Assembly: GCA_963815115.1 (NCBI GenBank) | Contig: CAWFFN010000007.1 | Location: 1-64,000, forward strand | Length of the DNA stretch: 64,000 bases | Reading direction: 5' to 3' | Source of the DNA: an uncultured delta proteobacterium | GTDB taxonomy: Bacteria; Desulfobacterota; Binatia; DP-6 | Shown here: positions 57,619 to 64,000 of the stretch, piece by piece | How positions within the stretch are numbered: the stretch's first letter is position 1 | Layout: each line of letters starts with the position of its first letter | Notes under the pieces: model-generated | Told to the model about the DNA's origin: nothing | Databases searched by the model: none | The model's input: only the letters and a program-made list of their open reading frames with translations | Program-made: the position numbers and the translations under genes

Positions 57619-59484
57619 ATGCGGCGGGTCACGCTCCTGGTGGTGGTCGGTCTTCTCGCCGCCTGCGGCCGCGATGCGCTGCCGCCCAAGCTGACGATCG
57701 AGCACGTCGTCTCGGACCTGGCGCCGCCGCTCGCGCCGGGGGCCAGCGTCGAAGGACCATCGGCGAGCGGCGTGCGGCGTGCGGTGCTCCAGCCCGGGTA
57801 CCACGCCGGCTGCGGCGCGCCGCAGGACGCACTCGTGACACCGCCCGGCGCCGCGGTGCGCTTTCACCTCGACGTGCCGCCGGACGGCATGCTCCGGTTC
57901 AGCACGGGTGTGGAAGGCGACAAGCAACGTCATCCCGAGCTGAGCGGCGCGGACTTCCGGGTGACGGTCGACGGGGAGAGCGCCTTCACCCGCGTCGTCA
58001 ATCCGGCGAGCAGGCGCAAGGATCGCTGCTGGATCGATGGCGTGGTCGACCTGCGCCCGTGGGTGGGCCGGAGCGTGGACGTGGTCTTCGAGACGCGCAT
58101 GGAACGGCCCGACCATGCGCTCGCCGGGACGGCCGGGTGGAGCCGCATGCGCCTGGTCCGCCAGGAGCAGCGCGAACGTCAGGCCGCAGGCAGCGGGCCG
58201 AACGTGCTCGTCCTCCTGGTCGACACCCTGCGGGCGGATCGGCTCGGTATCTATGGTGCGAACCCGAGCCCGAGTCCGGCGCTCGATCGCTTCGCCGCCC
58301 GCGGACTCGTCTTCGACGTGGCCGTCGGGCAGGCATCGTGGACCATGCCCGCCGTGGCGTCGATCTTCAGCGGGCTGCATCCGCGCAGCCATGGTGCGGT
58401 AGGAAGTGACGCCGACGACGGGCACGGTCACTCCGGAAGCGGCACGCTGCTGCCCGACAGCGTCGTCACGATGGCCGAGACCGCGCAGGGAGCCGGTGTG
58501 ACCACCTTCGGCCTCTCGACGAATCTGATCGTGAGCCGCGCCAGCAACCTCGCGCAGGGCTTCGAGACCTTCTTCGAGCTGCCCTTCGACCACAAGACCC
58601 GGGACTTCGTCCGCGCCGCCGTGGTGAACCGGCGGTTCCTCGACTGGGTGCGCCGGGAACGCCGCCTGCGCTTCTTCGCCTATCTGCACTACATGGAGCC
58701 GCACGGCCCGTACGCGCCGCCACAGGATCTGCGCCCGAAGCCGCCGCCCGGCATCCGGGACGATCTGGCGGCGGGCTGGGTGCAGGAGTTCGCCCTGGCG
58801 GTGAACGAGCATCGGCTCCCGCCACCGAGCCCCGCCGTGCTGGCCCACCTCCGGGCGCTCTACGAAGGCGACATCCGCAGCTGGGACGACGCGTTCGGCG
58901 AGCTGGTGAAGCAGCTCGAGGCGGACGGCATCCTCGACCGCACGATCGTCGTGGTCACGGCCGACCACGGCGAGGAGTTCCTCGAGCACGGCAACCTCAC
59001 CCACGGCGGGCACCTCTACGAGGAGACCGTCCACATCCCGCTGGTGGTCGTCGGGCCCGGCATTCCGGCCGGTCGCCGCACCGACATGGCGCAGGGGATC
59101 GACCTCTTGCCGACCATCGCCTCGATCCTCGGCGCGCCGGCCCCTGCCGGCCTGCCAGGCCGGGACCTCCTCGCCACGCAGACGGCGGGGGACGTGGTGT
59201 CGGAGATCGTCGGGGGCTTCGGCGACGACGCCAAGGGAAGCACGGTCGCGCTGCGCACCGCGCGCTGGAAGCTCATCCGCCTGCCCGATGGGAGCGGCAC
59301 CGAGCTGTACGACCTCGCGAACGACCCCGGGGAGCGCACCAACCTGGCGGCGACCTCGGAGGAGACCGCGGCGCTCGGCGCGCGCCTCGATCGCTGGGCG
59401 GCGAGCGCGCCGCCGCCGCCGCGCTCGACGGGGACCGATCCCACGCTGCGCGCCAAGCTGCGCCAGCTCGGCTACGTCGAGTAG
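57619..59484 (+). CDS. Sulfatase-fold (alkaline phosphatase superfamily) lipoprotein
   Basis: LAAC lipobox, N-terminal beta domain, VDTLRAD, SWTMPA, YMEPH, ADHGEEF, ELYDL..DPGE, LRQLGY. Confidence 0.88.
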   Translation: MRRVTLLVVVGLLAACGRDALPPKLTIEHVVSDLAPPLAPGASVEGPSASGVRRAVLQPGYHAGCGAPQDALVTPPGAAVRFHLDVPPDGMLRFSTGVEGDKQRHPELSGADFRVTVDGESAFTRVVNPASRRKDRCWIDGVVDLRPWVGRSVDVVFETRMERPDHALAGTAGWSRMRLVRQEQRERQAAGSGPNVLVLLVDTLRADRLGIYGANPSPSPALDRFAARGLVFDVAVGQASWTMPAVASIFSGLHPRSHGAVGSDADDGHGHSGSGTLLPDSVVTMAETAQGAGVTTFGLSTNLIVSRASNLAQGFETFFELPFDHKTRDFVRAAVVNRRFLDWVRRERRLRFFAYLHYMEPHGPYAPPQDLRPKPPPGIRDDLAAGWVQEFALAVNEHRLPPPSPAVLAHLRALYEGDIRSWDDAFGELVKQLEADGILDRTIVVVTADHGEEFLEHGNLTHGGHLYEETVHIPLVVVGPGIPAGRRTDMAQGIDLLPTIASILGAPAPAGLPGRDLLATQTAGDVVSEIVGGFGDDAKGSTVALRTARWKLIRLPDGSGTELYDLANDPGERTNLAATSEETAALGARLDRWAASAPPPPRSTGTDPTLRAKLRQLGYVE

Positions 59485-59507
59485 CGCAGGCAGAGTACCG
59501 GAAGCGA

Positions 59508-59600
59508 TCAACTTCCCGGCGCGATCAGCGGGATCGCCTGCCGACCATGCTTGCGGTACACGGAGAAGTCCCCGTCGATCGTGAGCACCGCGGCGCCGCC
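59508..59600 (-). pseudogene. C-terminal relic of a second PIN toxin
   Basis: AVLTIDGDFSVYRKHGRQAIPLIAP, with no 5' part. Confidence 0.55.
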
Positions 59601-59601
59601 T

Positions 59602-60555
59602 TCAGTGGCGCACATCCCGACGCAGGGTGCCCCGCCGCGGAAAATTCCGCGCCAGGGTCGCCAGGTAGGCGCGCGCCTCCCGCCGCTGGCACTCGGCGAG
59701 CAGGCGCTTCGGGTCGATGGGCTCCACCGGACGATACGGCATCGCGGCCAGGTAGCGGGCGTACCAGCGCAGACCCCAGGCGATGCGCGGCAGGCTGCGA
59801 TTGCGGAGCGCGTACACCGCGGCGCCCTCTCCGAAGCAGGTGTGGTGGTCGAGGAAGTACTGCGGGGTCAGCTTCCCGGGCACGATCCAGTGGTCGACGA
59901 CGGCGTCGGGCGCGTAGTGGATCTCGCCCGCGCGCCGGTCGAGACGCGCACACAGGTCGGCGTCCTCGTGCACGAAGTGGCGCGTACCGTGCGGGCCGAG
60001 GACGTCGCAGAACCCGCCCTCGCGGATCACGTCCGCCGTGCGCAGGCACAGGTTGGCGCTGGGGGGATACCATTCGCCGCCGCGATGATGGACGCGACGG
60101 CGCACGCCGCCGAGGTCGTAGGAGCCGGCGGCCTCGTGGAAGTCGGGAGTGAACCAGCGCGGGGGCGGGACGCTGAGCTGCAGGATGAGCGGGCCGCCGA
60201 CGCCGGCGATCGCCCGATCCGTCAGCGGGGCGACGAGCGCGGCGAGCCACCCGGGACGGGGGACCGCATCGTCGTCGAGGAACGCGATCAGCTCGCCGCG
60301 TGCCGCCGCGAGACCCGCGTTGCGCCCGTGCGACGCGCCGAGCCGCGGCTCGGCGAGCACGCGCAGCGGCGGTCCCTCGACGCGCAGGAGCTCGGCGAGC
60401 ACGGCCGGCGTGTGGTCGGCGGAGGCGTTGTCCACCACCAGCACCTCGGCGCCCGGGTGCCGGCGCGCCTCGGCCAGGGTGGCGCGCACGCACCGGGTGA
60501 GGATGTCGGCGCGATTGTGGGTGGTGATCACCACGCTGACCGGGCACGACTTCAT
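59602..60555 (-). CDS. Glycosyltransferase family 2
   Basis: SVVITTHNR, VVDNAS, RNAG, FLDDD, EDADL. Confidence 0.92.
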   Translation of the reverse strand: MKSCPVSVVITTHNRADILTRCVRATLAEARRHPGAEVLVVDNASADHTPAVLAELLRVEGPPLRVLAEPRLGASHGRNAGLAAARGELIAFLDDDAVPRPGWLAALVAPLTDRAIAGVGGPLILQLSVPPPRWFTPDFHEAAGSYDLGGVRRRVHHRGGEWYPPSANLCLRTADVIREGGFCDVLGPHGTRHFVHEDADLCARLDRRAGEIHYAPDAVVDHWIVPGKLTPQYFLDHHTCFGEGAAVYALRNRSLPRIAWGLRWYARYLAAMPYRPVEPIDPKRLLAECQRREARAYLATLARNFPRRGTLRRDVRH

Positions 60556-60627
60556 GCGCGGGGCGCTTGCTGCACGCGACTCGCAGACCGGGGCCAGCAG
60601 TGGGGTAGGTGCCGTGTCGCGCGCCCG

Positions 60628-62076
60628 CTACGCGTGGCCGGTCCCCGAGAGAGCCGCGCCGGCCGGGAACGGACGCCCGGCTTCCTCCGGCTCGTAGATC
60701 TTCATCTGATCCTTGATGAAGTGGAGCGGATCGGCGACCTTGCCTCCGAGGTGAATCGGGCGCGCCTCGTCGCTGCCGAAGAGCGACACGTAGTCGCCGT
60801 GGAACCCGTCGCAGATCGCTTTCACGTCGCACTCGTCGCAGCGCGGCGAGTACTGGTAGTGGCAGTGATCCTGCGCCCGGGCGACGCCGTTGTCGACGTA
60901 GACCTGCGGATCGCGGCCGAGCTCGTCCGCGACCAGGTAGCCGGCGTCGCCGGTCGAGCGCCTGCGGCGGCGGCCCTGGAGGAGGTTGCGGGCGGAGCCG
61001 GACGCATACGCGACCAGCCGGTACGCCTTCTGCAGCCGCTCGCGCGCGGCAGGATAGGGCCGCAGCTTCTCGCTGAGCGTCGCCCGCACGTTCTGCCTGA
61101 GGCTGCCGGGCGTGCCGACCACCCGGTTTGCGAACACCCAGGAATCGTAGGTGATCGCCGCCAGGCTCGCGTGATGGGCCGAGGGCGGTCCCCACTTCAT
61201 GCGCTGCGCCTGCACTGCGGTCCAGCTCCACGAGTCGTAGTCCCACTCGTGCGGATCGTAGGGCAGCTGGCAGAAATCGTAGATGCTCTTGCGATGGCGC
61301 TCCTCCACCATGCAGATGGGGAAGTAGCGCACGTTCGCCTCGACGCCGGCCGCGGCCAGCACGTCGAGCGCCTTGTTGAGCTCGACCGCGACGTCGCCGT
61401 AGCGCGGCACGTTGAAGGTCGAGCGATGACCGGTCGCCTGGTCCTCGAACGGGTTGAAGGCGAGGAAGTTCACTGCCAGCGCGCCGGTCGACACGGCGAG
61501 CCGGGCGATGTCGACGTACTGCGGGATCGCCTTCAGGCTGAGCACGCTGTTGAAGCGGAACGGGATGCCGACCTCGATGCAGTTGCGCAGCGCCTGGGCT
61601 TGCTTCGCCGACCCGCCCGGGACGCCGACGATCTCGTCGTAGACGGACCCGAGGCCCTGGACGCTGATCAGCAGGTCGCGGATGCCGGCCTGCTTCAGCT
61701 GGACGCACTTCTCGCGCTTGGCGAGCGCGATCGCATTGGTGATGAGCGTGGGAAAGAGGCCGATCTCGTGGCAGTACGCGACCAGCTCCTCGATGTGCCG
61801 CCAGATCGTCGGCTCTCCGCCCTGGATGTCGATCGACGTGTTGCCGTACTTGTGGCGCAGGCTGTGGCAGATCGCCTTCGCCTTCTCGAGATCCATGAAG
61901 GGATGCTCGGGATGGTCCTTCTGCTCGATCCGGTCGAGGAAGTAGCAGAAATGGCACCGGATGTTGCACGTCTGGCCGAGCCACAGCACCCCGCGTCTGG
62001 TGATCAGCTTCTCGCGAGTGCGGAAGTAACCGGCCGGCGGACGCGAGCCGCTCACGTGCGGCCACGCCGTATCCAT
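60628..62076 (-). CDS. Radical SAM protein with a Cys-rich auxiliary region; start uncertain
   Basis: CNIRCHFC, GGEPT, PICM, C-terminal CDECDVKAICDG. Confidence 0.9.
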   Translation of the reverse strand: MDTAWPHVSGSRPPAGYFRTREKLITRRGVLWLGQTCNIRCHFCYFLDRIEQKDHPEHPFMDLEKAKAICHSLRHKYGNTSIDIQGGEPTIWRHIEELVAYCHEIGLFPTLITNAIALAKREKCVQLKQAGIRDLLISVQGLGSVYDEIVGVPGGSAKQAQALRNCIEVGIPFRFNSVLSLKAIPQYVDIARLAVSTGALAVNFLAFNPFEDQATGHRSTFNVPRYGDVAVELNKALDVLAAAGVEANVRYFPICMVEERHRKSIYDFCQLPYDPHEWDYDSWSWTAVQAQRMKWGPPSAHHASLAAITYDSWVFANRVVGTPGSLRQNVRATLSEKLRPYPAARERLQKAYRLVAYASGSARNLLQGRRRRRSTGDAGYLVADELGRDPQVYVDNGVARAQDHCHYQYSPRCDECDVKAICDGFHGDYVSLFGSDEARPIHLGGKVADPLHFIKDQMKIYEPEEAGRPFPAGAALSGTGHA

Positions 62077-62185
62077 GCCCTCGCCGGTGGCCGGCGGCGA
62101 GACCTCGGCGCGCACCGCCTCCCCTCCACCGTGGCTCGGCTGCCCACCCATCAAGCTCGGCGCCTACAGGATGGTCGCGCGACGG

Positions 62186-64000
62186 TCAATTGGCGTATCC
62201 CAGGGCCCGAAGCTTCTCGAGCAGCGCGGGGTCGCGTCCGGTGCGCGCCGGCGCCGGCGGCGCCGTGCGCACGAAGTCGTCCAGCGTGCGTTGCAGCGCC
62301 GGTCCCTCGCCCGACTCGACGGGAAGCGGCGCGTGCTCGCCCGGGTCGGTGCCGAGATCGTAGAGCTCCGCCCTCTGGCGCGCCGGGGCGTAGATGAGCT
62401 TCCAGGGGGGGCGACGCACGGCCACGAGATCGACACGCGTGCCGTTGTTGGCGAGGCCGTCGGTCTCGCAGACGGCGGGCCGCTCCGGACCCTCCGCGAG
62501 CACGCTGCGCCCCGGCCGGTCAGACGGGAGGGCGAATCCCAGGAGCTCGGCGAGAGTCGGGAAGAGGTCGATGCCCTGGACCTGATCGGTGCGCCGCCCG
62601 GGGCGGATTCCCGGCCCGGCGATCACGAGCGGCACGTGCAGCAGCTCGTCGTAGAGGTGCGCCCGGTGCAGCAGCAGGCCGTGCTCCTGGAACTCCTCGC
62701 CGTGGTCGGCGATGACGACGATCACGGTCGAGTCGCGCAGCCCGAGGCGCGCGAGCCCGCCGAGGAGCGCGGGGAGCTCCGCGTCCCAGCTGCGGATCTC
62801 GCCGTCGTAGAGGGCGCGCAGGTAGGCGATCTGGTCGGGCGGCAAGGGCGGGCCGGTGCGGGAGTCGAGCTTGCGTGACACGTCGAGCACCCAGCCCGCG
62901 GCGAGGTCGGCTCGCATGCCGGGGGGCGGCGGCGGCCGCATCGCGGGCGGCGGCGTGTAGGGATCGTGCGGCTCCATGTACTGGAGCCAGGCGACGAAGC
63001 GGTGGTCGCGGTTCGGCGCCAGCCAGGCGAGGAAGCGACGGTTCACGTCGGCGGCCGAGCTCCAGCGTCGCGTCTTCGCATCCCAGGGCAGCTCGGCGAA
63101 GGTCTCGAAGCCCTGGGCGAGGTTGGTGCCGCGCGAGACCAGCGGATTGGCGGACACGCCGACGGTCGTGATGCCGGCGCGGCTCGCCAGCTCGGCCCAC
63201 GTGACCACGTCGCCGGCGAGGTATCCCCAGGCGGCCTGGTCGTCGCCGTCACCGTCGTCGCCGATCGCCCCGTGGCTCCGGGGGTACAGACCGGTGAAGA
63301 GCGTGGAGACGGACGGGAGGGTCCACGACGACTGGGCGATGGCCTGGGCGAAGAGCAGTCCCCCGGCGGCGAGCGCGTCGAGGTTGGGGCTCGGGCTCGG
63401 GCTGGCGCCGTAGCACCCGAGGCGGTCGGCACGGAGGGTGTCGACGAGCAGCACGATCACGTTCGGCTTCTCCGCGCTCGATGCCTGGCGCGGCTGCTGC
63501 GTTTCCCGCACGAGCCGCACGTCGCCCCAGGCCGGTATCCCGGCGAGCGGCCGGCCGGGACGCTCCGCATCGGTCGCCAGCACGATCTCGGCACTTCGAC
63601 CGGCCGCGGCGCCGAGGTCGATGCGCTCGTCGAACCAGCGCCGATCCTGGCGCGTGAGGGCGGGATTCACGGTGCGGGACCAGACCTCGCGGCCGTCGAG
63701 CGTCACCCGGAAGCGCACCCCGCTGCGCTGTCGGTCGTGCCGTCCGTCGCCCTGGACGCCGACGCCGAAGCGCAGCACGCCGTCCGGCGGAACGTCGAGC
63801 GTGAAGCGTACGCGCGCCGGTGGCGGGGCGATCAGGCTGGGGCGTTCCCCCTCGCCGGCGAGCCGGTTGCCCGGCCGGATCTCGCCGTTGCGCACCGGAT
63901 CCCCGTCCGCGCTGGCCACGACGGTGGCGCCGTCGAGGCTCCGGGAGAGATCCGCGATCGGGTCGTCGATGGCGATGGTCGGCGGCAACGCGTCGGCGCG
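62186..64000 (-). CDS. Sulfatase-fold protein, paralog of 57619-59484 (5' end outside window)
   Basis: VDTLRAD, SWTLPS, YMEPHDPY, ADHGEEF, DPGE, LRALGY. Confidence 0.88.
   Translation of the reverse strand, partial: RADALPPTIAIDDPIADLSRSLDGATVVASADGDPVRNGEIRPGNRLAGEGERPSLIAPPPARVRFTLDVPPDGVLRFGVGVQGDGRHDRQRSGVRFRVTLDGREVWSRTVNPALTRQDRRWFDERIDLGAAAGRSAEIVLATDAERPGRPLAGIPAWGDVRLVRETQQPRQASSAEKPNVIVLLVDTLRADRLGCYGASPSPSPNLDALAAGGLLFAQAIAQSSWTLPSVSTLFTGLYPRSHGAIGDDGDGDDQAAWGYLAGDVVTWAELASRAGITTVGVSANPLVSRGTNLAQGFETFAELPWDAKTRRWSSAADVNRRFLAWLAPNRDHRFVAWLQYMEPHDPYTPPPAMRPPPPPGMRADLAAGWVLDVSRKLDSRTGPPLPPDQIAYLRALYDGEIRSWDAELPALLGGLARLGLRDSTVIVVIADHGEEFQEHGLLLHRAHLYDELLHVPLVIAGPGIRPGRRTDQVQGIDLFPTLAELLGFALPSDRPGRSVLAEGPERPAVCETDGLANNGTRVDLVAVRRPPWKLIYAPARQRAELYDLGTDPGEHAPLPVESGEGPALQRTLDDFVRTAPPAPARTGRDPALLEKLRALGYAN

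Noticed and set aside
60628-62076. Radical SAM as a RiPP maturase
   Set aside because: No precursor peptide, RRE domain or transporter is adjacent; the context is glycosyltransferase and sulfatase-fold genes.
1-64000. CRISPR arrays, rRNA, intact transposases or retron/RT genes
   Set aside because: No regularly spaced repeats or diagnostic motifs were seen by eye.

Overview
High-GC (roughly 70% by eye) bacterial window; gene style suggests Candidatus Binatia or a related deltaproteobacterial lineage (inference). It has three parts. (1) 1-14.9 kb is an accessory region next to the 3' end of tRNA-Leu(CAG). It carries a decayed tyrosine integrase, several gene fragments (CHAD, PRTase, MacB-type permease, transaldolase) and intact cargo: a signal-less avidin, phosphoketolase, MddA, YbaN and a ChrR cupin. 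(2) About 16.9-49.7 kb is a dense stress/desiccation island: ku, ligD, udgX, sodC, BON, CsbD, DUF1328, YtxH/DUF883/YqjE-like, two DUF6496 proteins, two YflT-like proteins, a metallothionein, glgX, treZ and treY. Most transcription units here have a sigma54 -24/-12 promoter, many also have an AT-rich TTGTA(G/C)AAA box nearby, and the island encodes two sigma54 activators, a degenerate kinase resembling a phosphotransferase, a hybrid kinase and a single-domain receiver. The best candidate for an undescribed system is a sigma54-driven general stress regulon with its own phosphorelay. (3) 49.7-64 kb holds housekeeping and envelope genes: valS, nadC, a vapBC pair, two sulfatase-fold proteins, a GT2 and a radical SAM enzyme. 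Frameshifts occur even in essential valS, so many single indels are probably sequencing or assembly errors. All family calls come from motif recognition by eye, not from database searches.
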